A stretch of DNA of 64,000 nucleotides. It comes from Octopus vulgaris. Lineage: Eukaryota. Within the stretch, counting starts at the first letter, position 1. Every line of letters begins with the position of its first letter. The notes beneath the pieces were generated by a model. It was not told the origin of the DNA. It searched no databases and saw only the letters and a list, made by a program, of their open reading frames with translations. Below, in pieces: positions 13,976 through 25,753 of the stretch. The position numbers and the translations under genes were made by a program. The stretch spans positions 159,340,001-159,404,000 of the forward strand of contig OX597814.1 of NCBI GenBank assembly GCA_951406725.2. The letters run 5' to 3'.

Positions 13976-14244
13976 GTCACGCTTCGCCATCACCATCATT
14001 ATTATCTACCAGCAACACAATCAGTACCAACACTATAACCAATAGAACCACTGCTTTCACCAATTTACTAACTCCTTCGTGACTATCAGTGACAGTAGTA
14101 TGAATCTACGGGTGTGTTCGAGTTGGTAATGTCTCATAGAGAGAGATAGACTTTATCTAACAAGGAGCTGATGCTGTTAGAACAAATACAAACGAAGAAT
14201 GCAGATGAAAATAGGGTATTCCACCGATTGACTGCAAAGAATAT

Positions 14245-14445
14245 TGGTTTCAAATTTTGGCCAGAAACTTAGGAGAGTGAAAGTCGATTATATCGATGAC
14301 CCCAGTATTCAACTGTTACTTATTTTATTGACCCCGAAAAGATGACAGACAAAGTTAACCACCACGGAATATGAACTCAGAATGTAAAGACGGACGAAAT
14401 GCGTTTCACCCGGTGTGCTAACGATTCTGCCAGCTCCCCGCCTAA
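14245..14445 (-). mobile_element. SINE family A copy
   Basis: Matches the reverse complement of the family A head and core. Confidence 0.75.
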
Positions 14446-14929
14446 AACTGCAAAGAGTATTGTTAAAGGATTAATACTTATAAAGTAAGGTCAACAAGTC
14501 TATGCTGATAACAACCCTAATTGTGAATGTAATATAAAGATTACATAAGGAGTTTACAATCAGCCCAGTTCCTACACTGAGCTGTACAGTAAGCATAAAA
14601 CAATTTTGGATTTCTTCACCACTCAAGTAAATGTTGTTGATGAAGAACTATATGATAAAAGATAATGCCCCTCGTCCTCCCAGTGCCTCTCATTCCAGCA
14701 GCACAATCCCCTCATACTGTAGTGAGCATATTTTGTGTTAAGAACCTATCGTATGAAGTTTCTTATTTATTCCCAAATGTATTCCTCTTCAAATACTTTT
14801 ATGCATACATATTGTAGAAATTGTTATTTTCAAGCAGCAGTGTAACTCGTTTGTCTATTTTTTTGTTTATTTGTCTGTTGTTATTGTTGTTGTTGTTGCT
14901 TGGAAAAACATTTCGTCGAAAGGCAACCT

Positions 14930-15125
14930 ACTTGTTTCAGTTATTGGACTGCGGTCATGCTGGGGCACCACTTTGAAGAATTTTTCAGTCGAATGAATCG
15001 ACTCCAATACTTAATGTTATTTTTTAAAGCCTTGTACTTCTTCTATCAGACTCATTTTACCGAACCGCTAATTTACGGGGACATAAACACACCAACAGCG
15101 GTTGTGGGGAACAAATACAGACACA
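14930..15125 (-). mobile_element. Octopus SINE-like repeat (family B; CCGCTAAGTTACGGGGAC...ACACACCA core)
   Basis: Reverse complement of the copy at 31180-31490. Confidence 0.75.
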
Positions 15126-17220
15126 CGCACTTCTGTTTTTCTTGTTGCCATTGCGTATGTCCTGTAAACAATCGTTCTCCCTTCCTTATCCTTTAACACT
15201 TCTTTGGCGGGGAGGAACACTTTCACGTCGTTCCCCTCCCTTTTAAGTATTTCCTTGAACTTGCTCAGGTCTTCCAGCATTATGTTTTCAATTTTTCCCT
15301 TTGCCGCAGCAGCATAATTCATTGTTTCTATTACTGCGTCAATCATCTTCAAACATCTCACCATTTCTTCCTCAGACAACAGTAAGTCCGAAGAAGAACA
15401 GTTCAAGACCTCACAACTCATCACACGACGCCCCTCCATTAAACCAGAGGGAAAACAACGCACCGTCAATGCCACAATGGCCACAGAAATAAATTCAACA
15501 GTTCTTATCTGCGGGTATACCGGGGAATAGTAAAAACAAATACAACAACAGTAACAATCCAAAATAAACGGAATCCAACAATAGCAAAACGCTTACCAGT
15601 ATAAAAAAACACGACCACGTCGTATGACCTGAAGCAAGCTTCTTTATTTCAATATTTTGCCATAGAGGAGACACTACAAGACATATGGGAACATATAACA
15701 ATTAAAGATACGTAAAAAGTAAAATATGATACTTTGAGTGACGTGAAAATGAACATGAGAAAATAAATTCATGTTATGATAACATGCATGATATCTGTAA
15801 AGGAAAATATGAAGAGTGTGCTACTCATCCCACAGTGAGTAACACTACTCGCCGCCTCTGACTCCTAATTTCTCTTTAGTCTCTGTCGTAGCCCTTCTAT
15901 TTCCACTCTCGCTATCGCTCAATGACAACACTCTCTCATAACCTTTTTCACTTGTGGGTCTGAGTGGTTTTTGGTGGGATGGAGTTGGACTGGGGTATCA
16001 CATCATACTCAGTGTTCTTTCTTTTCTTCCTCTTCTTCCTTCTACTCTCTGTTACTATACATTCTTCCTCCTTTCCTCCGTCTGTCTTTTCTTCCTCCCT
16101 TTTCTCCTCCGTCTCCACATCTGCTTCATCTGTTGTTTCATCAGTTGTTTTCTTCTGTAGAGGGCAGTGTGCTCTAATGTGACCCTTTTGGCCACATGTA
16201 AAACTAGTGGGACTCTGCCCTCCACCCACACTCTTAACGCAATTTCTCCCAACGTCACCGTTTCCGCCAGACTCTCTAGTTGCTTCTCCTGTGCCTGCAC
16301 GATGAGATCCATTGATTTCCCTCTCCATCCTCTTTCTTCCGTTTCCGCGGCTTGGGGGACAGCCACCTCTTCCTCATTTCCAACGAGGATGGCTGCTGCG
16401 ACCCAAGCCACTTCTATATCAAGTGGGATTGCTTCCACCCTTACCTTGGAAGTCTTCCTTCCAAGATTTGTGGGCAGAAGCACCACCTCTTCCGTCCTCG
16501 CCGCCACACTCGCCAGCTTCCTTGCCTTCTCCACAGTCCTAAACTGGACGACCACCGTCCGTATTTACATCGTTTAATTATGTACATGATTTGGTTCGAC
16601 TGTTTCCTTAGCGCCTTTTCTGTTATTTCCGCTTCCGCCTGTTCAGCCTTTTTGTGCTTCAGCGAATGCACCCTATAGGTGATGATTTTCCTCTCCATTT
16701 GCTCCATAATTCTTTTAAGGGGCGACAACTTCACGTCGCCGCCCACCTTCTGCGTCATTTTTCTATATTCCTTTAGTCCAGTTAGATCTATATCCATTCT
16801 CTTCACCTCCACCGCCTCAGAAAAACTTCTTGTTATCTCCAATCTTTCGTTCATTCTTCTCATCGCCTTCACCAGCTCCTCCTCCACTGAAGACAACTCA
16901 GACCTGCTAATGTCTGAATACATTCTCTCTTAACCGCTGCCAAGCAGCACAAAAATTCCGTCCGACTCTCTAAAAACAAACCAGCAACTGAATCAACGTA
17001 TGCCCAGTAACCGGAAGCACGCTTCTTTATTTCTTTTAAATTGCCATAAAGGCAAGATCTGAATACATTTTTTTCTACCGGTATAACAATCACTGACAAT
17101 CCGCTACCAAGCAGCACAAAAAATTCCATCCGATTCGTCACAAATCAACACAGCGAATAGACCGACGCATGCGCGGAAAGCAAACTTCTTACCACACAAC
17201 CACGCTTGCAACTGGCACCC
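15126..17220 (-). mobile_element. Retroelement-like unit with a frameshifted gag/ORF1-like CCHC zinc-knuckle protein, a second unknown ORF and no RT
   Basis: Overlapping ORFs 16441-16923, 16055-16555 and 15948-16328 join by frameshifts into one protein with the knuckle (S)FTCGQKGHIRAHC and an acidic/basic tail. ORF 15068-15562 lies downstream. Tandem repeats at the 5' end start at 16934 and 17101. Confidence 0.7.
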
Positions 17221-17469
17221 TTAAAAATTTCGCTTCGATTAATTTTTAAGCTAGCTACAGTCTTTATTATATCATTTATTGTAATATTTTCAGAAAAACA
17301 TTTCATATCAGTCTATGAAGGAAAGAAGTTGGCTGAATCAAGAGGTTTTCGACCAGTCAACTAAAGAATCAACAATTTAAATCCCGCTAGCTTTCTAAGA
17401 TACATAAATTCCAAATGGATAAGAACACCCAACAGAACGTATGGGATTGTATAGGTAGTAAATTTACCG

Positions 17470-18290
17470 CTGTATCACTGCCGGGTGTTGTTCGTCCTTC
17501 GTTTTCGAAGATGGTCAATATTCCATCACTTATTCACTACAACAACGGCGGATGAAGCAGCGCAGGCAAAGTGAGACTCGTGAGTACTCCTGCCGACACT
17601 ACATCTCTCTTGCAATGATACTGCAAAAGTAATATTGCTGCACACGAGTGTTATCCAGATCACCGTTACGAAAGATTCTCTGTTTTATTTGCGGTTTAAA
17701 GAAGTTCAAGTCCTGACTGGCGTTGAACTTGGATCAAAGTGACAGAAGGCTGCACGGGATGACCATTCTCACATTCTTATCCTCGAATTCCTGTACCAGT
17801 GAGATGTTGCCAAGATAAATAGGGATATATTTAGGATGCAGTAGGTGACCAAGGTGATTTATGTGCTTTACCATCCTCTGAGATACGCATCCAAACGCGG
17901 TGTTACTGGATATTGCCTTTTGCTCTTTGAAACTTAACCAGAGTTAGACAAGTTTCTTCCACAGTTTTCGAATGCATATATACATAATATTAGATGACTG
18001 TTGACTTTTCTGGGAGCATTCATTTTTGACAGGTTTTGTTGTTCAACCTACAGGTATCTAAAATGAACTTCTTTAATAAGCGGGGTTGATGTTGGGAGGG
18101 AGCACGGTTCAGTCACCTATGACCATACCTTGCAACAAGTTATATTGGTCTACATGTTACCAGTAGCGCTCGCAACCAATCCGACAATACTAAAATTGAC
18201 GTGACGCTGTTGCTAGCACGTAGTGCCGAGTTCCAATCTACTGTAAATGAAGCTTGAAAAGAGATGAACTTTGCCAGGCCGATTTGCCTT
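17470..18290 (-). mobile_element. Old non-LTR retrotransposon remnant (probable)
   Basis: Higher-GC, coding-like but broken sequence; no intact motif could be read. Confidence 0.3.
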
Positions 18291-18379
18291 ATACGTCATT
18301 CGATGATTATATCTGTAAGTAGCAACATTAGAGTCAATGTACTAGGGATTTTACACAATTCATATGTATCAATTGTCTT

Positions 18380-18500
18380 GTACATTATATTATCGACCCC
18401 AGCTGGTTGAAAGGTAAGGTCAGCCTCGGCAGCATTTGAACTCTTAGCGGTAAGGACCGTAAGTGCCGACAATCCAACAATTCTGCAAATCCAATGATAA
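18380..18500 (-). mobile_element. Diverged SINE family A fragment
   Basis: ATCGACCCC...GAAAGGTAAGGTCAGCCTCGGCAGCATTTGAACTC. Confidence 0.65.
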
Positions 18501-19759
18501 CGGCTTAAAAACAATGAAAAGTTTAGTGAGACTATTTCTGGCAGATGTAGAAAAAAATGTTGGGGAAACCATTATCAAATGTGTTTCTTGATCTAAGAAT
18601 ATAAACATTTTAAATATTTTATTTAATTTGATATTTATCTTTTAAATGAAATGGTACAAACGTATGCGTTTGTGTATGGAGTGGATCTATAGCTTGCAAG
18701 TTGTGTATATAACAGCAATTTGGAATAAATGTAAATAATTATAAATACATTACCTAATGTTCTTATAACAAAACACATGGAAACAGTTTATTTATTCAAA
18801 TATTAAGATTATGTATTTTTAATTTACTGCCAGTGTTTAGAGATATAACAATAAAAATATGAACAAGAACAAAAAAGAGGCACTTCATGAAAAGATGTCT
18901 GAAATTACTTAGCACCTGTTTATTAAGAGAAAAGGAAATAGGATATCCGGAGAATCTTTACCTGTTCTAACAGGCTTCGTAACTTGTGTTCTGTTTGACA
19001 TTCGACAACAATGTAAACTTATATAACAGATTGTAGGGTGTGTATATATTGCTAAAGTTAAAATATTTCGTGCCAACGGGCCCATTAGGCCAAAGCTTTT
19101 TTCGGTATCTATGACGTATAAGCGATTGAGAATAGAAGACTTCCCCAGCTTCCAAATAGATCTCAAGTCTTTCGCAGAGCTAAACTCCATCCTAGAGCAA
19201 TATTAAGAGTTAATCGATGTACGTTATTGAAGTTGTTATTGAAGATCTGCCAATAATGACTATTGATGTGCGATCTTCAGTTATTAACCATATCTATAGT
19301 TGATTCCTCTCTATCGCCAAATGAAAATGCTAATAAAATTTCAAAGTTAATTTTTACCAGACGGGAGGATGAAGAAGAAGTTTAAAAGATAAATAAAACG
19401 TCCACGTCAACTTTGTACAATTAAGATGTTGACTATTCTTTTCTTTTGTCACATTGCCTATAGAGATACCAGAAGATAAAAATACCAAGTTATGTTTATA
19501 TATATATCGCGACTAAACAATTCCGTAGTGTCTAACGTTAGTGAACGTTCTTTCTCGAAAGAATTATCTGAAGATAGGACTTCACTAATGAACAAATAGT
19601 TTACAAATACCATGCTATTTATCTTGGCGTTTTTACAGCAGTTATTGTGTTCTTTGTATTCTAAATAGAAACGCAGATAAAATATATTGTAAACATTATA
19701 CTGTGGTATAATCCTGCGCTGCAGCCAATGAGGAAGCTTCTATAAAATCTCTTGTTTTG

Positions 19760-19934
19760 CTAGAAAAAAACAGTCAAATTATCCTTAGACAGCCTGGGGT
19801 TAAACAGCAATAGCAACTTATGAATATCCGCATCTATCAAAATGGATTTGTCGCCTGTGCTGGTTGTTGGCTGGTCTGTGGTGGTGACTGGTTGCGAATA
19901 AAAAAAATGTTTCTTGGCCTGCGTGAAGAAATAA
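19760..19934 (-). CDS. Candidate terminal coding exon of an unannotated small gene (partner of 25575-25753)
   Basis: Acceptor gtctttcag| at 19935. A phase-2 join to the 25575 donor keeps the frame open (N-YFFTQAKKHFFYSQPV...FNPRLSKDNLTVFF*). Followed by about 1 kb of repeat-free UTR-like sequence and AATAAA on the minus strand near 18790. Confidence 0.35.
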
Positions 19935-21017
19935 CTGAAAGACACCGACGGACATTTAACAGAGGATTCTCTTATCAAGCATAAAGCAGACTGCGTTGGC
20001 CTTTTACAGATAACAACAACTCTTACATATTAGGAGAGAAGGAAAAACTGCACACGCGTTCGAATGTCTACAATAGTTTCTCTTCTCTCTTTTTCAACTA
20101 TCACTCCACTATGTTTACTAACATTCTTTCAAACTCTTCCCTTGCTTCAAGTCAACAAACTGAAATACACCACAAAAATTTGTTGCTGATGGGTTAATTG
20201 CCATTAAGGACGACTTGAAGATAAATCATTTCATCTATATGATAAATAATGTCAAAGAATATTTCGGCCATTGATGTTAACAATCGCATACAGAGTAAAG
20301 CTTGAAAATAATTTTCAACCTTAGAGCAACTATAAGATGCCTATATTGCTCTCTACTGCTTTATACCCAGTACCATATAACGTTTTCCCCTTCCTCTTAG
20401 GAGACAGTATCAATGGTTTAGAACACAATACTTATTTTTCTGAATACGTCTATCTATTTGTAACCGTCATCACTGAAAACTTTTGTTTGATAAACATTTA
20501 TACATACACACACTCGCATACACACGCGCGCGCATAGACACACACGCACATACATACATACATGTTTGTTTTTATGTTGCAATAAAAACAATTTTACATT
20601 AAACTGAAGGATTACTCAATACTTTTGGTACTATACAAATTGCAATATATATATATTGGGTGCAGATTGCATCGATAACCAGCTGGAGGGGGATTCTCCT
20701 AGGGTTAAAAACAGTAATAACCTCGGTTCCTATGGAACAGCCATATTGACGTGGCGATAAACATTACTTCTCAGTATAGTTGCTGCTTTCATCTCTTATA
20801 GAGATTTTCTAACTAACAACAAATTGATTATGTTTTCTCTAAGCAATTTTGACAGTGACTTCGAAGTTCCGGCCAGCTAAGTCATCATCGGACAGTCCGA
20901 TAATAGCTTAGCTGACAGAAACTTTGAAGTCACTTGTTAAAGTACATAGATAGATAGATATCATACCTTGATATTGTGTGAACTGAGATCCTCATTGACT
21001 GGCGGTGATACTAAATA

Positions 21018-21268
21018 TAAAGAAGAAATGTTTCCTTCTCGAGCCATGCCAGGCTCATAAGGGTCGGTTTCCCGGTTTCAGAGGCGTATAAATTCCCCAC
21101 CAGGACGGGACGCCAATCCGTTGCAGGATTACTCATTTTGCCAATTGAGTGGATTGGAGCAACGTGAAATGAGGTGTTTTGCACAACGCATCACCCGGTC
21201 GAGGAATCGAAACCACAATCTTACGATCAGGAGTCCAACACCCTAACCACTAAACCACAGACCTCCAC
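21018..21268 (-). mobile_element. tRNA-derived SINE (family C)
   Basis: tRNA-like head on the minus strand; TSD GATACTAAATA at 21007-21017 and 21269-21279. Confidence 0.85.
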
Positions 21269-21304
21269 GATACTAAATAAACTGTTAAATATTCATGAGA
21301 AGCA

Positions 21305-21506
21305 AATTAATAGTTCCAGTTCTCTGTAGCTACTGAGATTTGCTGAGTATATAAATAGATTGACTGCTAATTTCTCTGGTCAAATGATGTTGACACCTCA
21401 AGGGAAAATCCAATGTTTCGAAAATCGTTTAAGGTTGTTCATTATTTTTCTTTTCAATCTACAAAGCAATAGCTAAATTTGCTTTGTTTATATTTCAACT
21501 ATGTAG

Positions 21507-21568
<62 letters not shown>

Positions 21569-21790
21569 TACCTTCGGTATGCGAATTAGTAGCTCCAGTT
21601 CCCTGTAGCTACTGAGTTTGTTGAGTATATAAACAGAACGGCTGCTTATTTCTCTGCGGCTGGTCAAACGATGTAGACATCTCTGATGAGATCTCAATAA
21701 GGACTGAAAATCGATTAAGGCTGTAACTCATTTTTTTTCAATCTACGGAGAAATAGTTAAATTTGCCATTTTTATATTTCTGTTTCGTAG
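21305..21790. repeat. Diverged tandem duplication of about 200 bp separated by (TA)n
   Basis: TAG(T/C)TCCAGTT(C)(T/C)CTGTAGCTACTGAG...TTTATATTTC occurs at about 21305-21510 and 21584-21790. Confidence 0.8.
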
Positions 21791-23125
21791 TGGGGGGGGG
21801 CGTGTGTGGGTGCGCGCGCGTGTGTGGGTGCGCGCGCGTATGTTCCTTATCGTATCAGGACAATTACCCCATCCCACCAGACAATTCCCCCCAGTGACTA
21901 CCACCAGGACAATTATCCCCCTTGGTTAATTACCCCCTCTCCAATATATTAAGAAGTTTTAAATCATATATATAGTGTATGTGTGTGCGCGCACACTGAT
22001 AAAAACTGTTTCACTCTGGCCGACACTTTTGTCGGCCACAGTTTTTAACTAATTTTAAATTTAATGTAATTCAGTAACGTAGTTATTAGAAGTATAAAAA
22101 TTAATGTATATCTAAATGCTAACACGAATTTCAACCGGAAAAGGAAATAGGCTTAGAAGCAACAAATGGAAAAACATGTTAGCAATAAATAAGATGATGA
22201 AACTATGCCAACTTATATCTGGCCAACTTATATCTGCTACCAAAAATAACCATGTTATGTATAAGGATGAACATTGAACAAATATCTATGAAAGTATCTA
22301 TTTCTCAGGATTATGAAAATGTGTTTGAAGATGTTGAAAAATAGAATTGTTTATTTGCCAGTTGCTGTAGTTTGCGCTTCTGCATCTATTTATCTGGATA
22401 CATTTTTTTTTTTTTTTTGGAAAGGAAACGAAAATAAGCCATAGGAAAACTTGAAGGAGGATTCAGATTACATAAAAAACATTTCTTCACACATAAGGTT
22501 GTATTGAAAAGAGCGAATCTGTAAGATCCTATGAAACTGATGATGCTTCGCGTACACAAAGTTCGTTAACTGAATTAGACTTCTCTTCTTTGCAGCAAAC
22601 TAATTATCGGACAGGACTTTTCAGCATTTCTACACTGGAGGATCCTGTCCAAAATATTAGTCTTTTCTTCCTCACGACTAACAAACACATTCTATTTCAT
22701 GAACCTTTTTGTACTGTTTTTAAGGGTTAAAGATATAACTGAACAAATCAACAGATTAAGAAGGCGAAGTAGACTTTGACTGGCTTGAAACTTGGCACCA
22801 GACTAATTATCATTCTTCTCCTATACCAATTTTCTAAAACCTTATAAATGATTATAATCAGGGTTATTATTAATATATAAATAATTGCTTATCATATAAG
22901 CATGAATCTTCGGATTTTGGGGAAGAGGAATAGAGAGATATAATGTTCTTACCTCTTTTAAAGGCACTGGTTTTGTAATGAATTAAAATAGATCTAATCA
23001 AAGAATAAACTTTGGATGTTTATCCGAATCACCGGATGCTAACCGCTATTCTACAATATTAATTAGAATGCTATTCAAATCTACGTGCATAATAAAAAAA
23101 ATTCATTGTAATATTTCTCAAGATG

Positions 23126-23246
23126 CAGTCGAGGTCTTTCATCCTTTCGGGGTCGATAAATTAAGTACCAGTTGCATACTGGCGTCGATCTAAACGACTG
23201 GTCCCACTCCCCAAAAATTTCGGGCCTTGTACCTAGAGTAGAAAAC
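23126..23246 (+). mobile_element. 5'-truncated SINE family A copy
   Basis: Family core plus the 16-bp TSD AATATTTCTCAAGATG at 23110-23125 and 23247-23262. Confidence 0.9.
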
Positions 23247-23278
23247 AATATTTCTCAAGATGGAGCGGCAGCATTTTA

Positions 23279-23300
23279 ATGGGGTGTAGGAATTCAGAAG
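23279..23300 (+). CDS. Candidate first coding exon (MGCRNSE) of a 53-aa microprotein
   Basis: ATG GGG TGT AGG AAT TCA GAA G|GTAAGA: a strong phase-1 donor, in frame with the acceptor at 25587. Confidence 0.3.
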
Positions 23301-23350
23301 GTAAGAAGCAATTTAATAAAACTTGCAAAAAATATTTTTATTAAAGCTTC

Positions 23351-23412
<62 letters not shown>

Positions 23413-23499
23413 GTTGGAATGAAAGTCGCATTTCAAGTTGAGAACAAAACGAATGCTTCTTTGATCTTAACTGATATATTTAATCGAGATATTTCACCT

Positions 23500-24670
23500 A
23501 ATTATTGATAACATAATTCCATTTATTTGGCAAATTGTTTATCCCTTTGGAGTAAAATTCTCTAGGTTTTGAAGCAAAGAAACACTCAATATCATTTTTG
23601 ACGTTTTTATAATTAACAAACTGTTTCCCTCAAAATAATGTTGCAATGATCTGCAAAGATGATTGTCAGATGGAACAAGGTCAGGAGAGTAAGGAGGTTG
23701 AGACAAAACTTTCATATGTAGTTCTATAACTTTTTTTTTCTGAGTAACATGGGTTATATGTGGTGCCGCATTGTTATGTAAAAGCAACATCTCTTTGTAA
23801 TTGACCAATAATGAGCGCTGTTTCTTAAAATTTTTGTGCAATGCTTCCGATTGACGACAATACTTTTCCGCATTAACTGTTTTCTTTTGCTTTAAACACT
23901 TTATAATAGGTAACATCCTTCCTATTCCACCAAACATAGAGCATAAATTTTCCGAGTGTATTCTCGGTTTGGGGATGAATTCTCCTTTTTCATTGGGCAC
24001 TAACCATTGTAGTTTACGTTGGAATTTGATTATAGAGAACCTATCCAGGTTCTACACACCAATTACGAGCGGATGGCGACTCAATGATTAAGCTGAGAAG
24101 CAGTCAAATACTAAGAGGCCCACTAATCAAATTCGGACACTTTTTCTAGTTCATGAAGATGTTTTATAATCGAAGTGTGATTTGAATTTAAGAGTTTTGC
24201 TAATTCTCGTGCAGTTAGCTCTGGATTTTTGTCAACCACGGTTTTCAGAAGCTCAATATTGATAGAACTTGGTCGTCAGAATCGAGAGGAATCTGTGAGA
24301 GAAAAATTCCCGAGCGAAACAAGCCAAACCATCGTTAGCATGTTCGGTCACTTAAAGTTTCATTTCCAGAGATAGAACGAATGTTTCTTGCTTTTGTCAG
24401 TTACTGTCATTCTTCACAAAGGGCTCTCTCTTGTTATGTTACTTCGACTAGAAGCCAAATAGCATTGATTCCCATCTGCGAGAGAAAGAGAACTATTGAG
24501 GTAGTGTACTATCAGAAATATTGTGACTTAGCAGTGAATTTTTCTTTCTTGGCAGCTAAGAAGCCTCGAAAAGTTGTGATACATTTGATCATAACGATGC
24601 GTCTGTTATATCTCTTCAAAATGGAGAAAACTCAAAACGATCGAATACAATTACATTATTTTACTATATA
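23500..24670 (-). mobile_element. Degraded mariner (Tc1/mariner, SETMAR-like) transposase
   Basis: ORF 23539-24000 has LLHNNAAPH and QPPYSPDLVPSDNHLCRSLQH, matching the mariner HDNA.PH and YSPDLAPSD motifs. Confidence 0.88.
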
Positions 24671-24934
24671 GACACTATATAGGCGAACAAGGGATTCTCT
24701 GCGCATTGTATTGACTTATTAGAAATAACAACCAAGTCTTCATCAAAGGCCATATTGAATGATCTTTTTCACTGACTGAAAAAGAAATAAAGATAGCTTT
24801 GTCACATCTAGAATGGATTTGATCGTATTTGCTCGGCCATGGCTGACCAAGGGCTACACAATAACTATCCACTGCAGACAAAATATACATTAGGATCCTA
24901 CTGAACAGACTCTCGTCATTATTAGGGAAATTAA

Positions 24935-25370
24935 GGCGGCGAGCTGGCTGAACCGTTAAAGAGTCGGACAAAATGCCTATCGGTGACCTGGCAGAAACGT
25001 TAACACGCCGGTTCAAATGCCTAGCGGTATTTTTCGTCTGCCGTTACGTTGTGAGTTCAAATTCCGTCGAGGTCGACTTTGCCTTTCATCCTTTCGGGGT
25101 CGATAAATTAAGTACCAGTTACGCACTGGGGTCGATGTAATCGACTTAATACCTATGTCTGTCCTTGTTTGTCCCCTCTGTGTTTAGCCCCTTGTGGGTA
25201 ATAAAGAAATAGGTATTTCTTCCGATTCATAATGTTCGGAATCCAAATTCTGCAACTTCAGTTTTCATCCCTCCGGAGTTGATATAAAGTACCAGTCAAA
25301 TACTTGGGTCGATGTAATCGACTCTCCTTCCCTAAACTTCAGGCCTTATGCTTATATCAGAAACAATTAT
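24935..25370 (+). mobile_element. Nested or adjacent SINE family A copies
   Basis: Head GGCGGCGAGCTGGC, a complete core at 25050-25140 and an older copy at 25240-25370. Confidence 0.85.
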
Positions 25371-25574
25371 TGGGAAAATTAAATATGCCTAAAGGTCAGA
25401 AACCTTTGAAATATTTTTCCCAAGTTTTCTAACTCTTAGGTATATTTAAGTTTCCCTATAATTGTTTCTATAGGTTCTTTCCCCAAATAATCTTGCTTCC
25501 TTTTCGTAGTATCATCTTCAGCTGAAGATCAATAACATAATTAACAGCTCTGATGTTGACAAGACATTTCTTAC

Positions 25575-25753
25575 TTGTACTTGCAGTGGCATTCACCCGG
25601 GTTTGGTTGAGCCGGCTCCGACCAGAGTTCATCAAGTCGTTCACCAATGCAAATTACGTCCGATGGTCGGCCGCAGTCGAGGCTGCAATGGATACCTACC
25701 GCCGGTTCTACTGTCGAAGACCATAGACGAGGGGCCCGATTGTGCTTCCACAT
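25575..25753 (-). CDS. Candidate first coding exon of an unannotated Cys/Trp-containing small protein
   Basis: ATG at 25753 preceded by in-frame stops; MWKHNRAPRLWSSTVEPAVGIHCSLDCGRPSDVICIGERLDELWSEPAQPNPGECHCKY; donor CAA|GTAAGA at 25574 (phase 2). Confidence 0.38.
25587..25726 (+). CDS. Candidate terminal exon of the 53-aa microprotein (antisense alternative to 25575-25753)
   Basis: Acceptor ttcttacttgtacttgcag|; (V)AFTRVWLSRLRPEFIKSFTNANYVRWSAAVEAAMDTYRRFYCRRP*. Confidence 0.3.
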
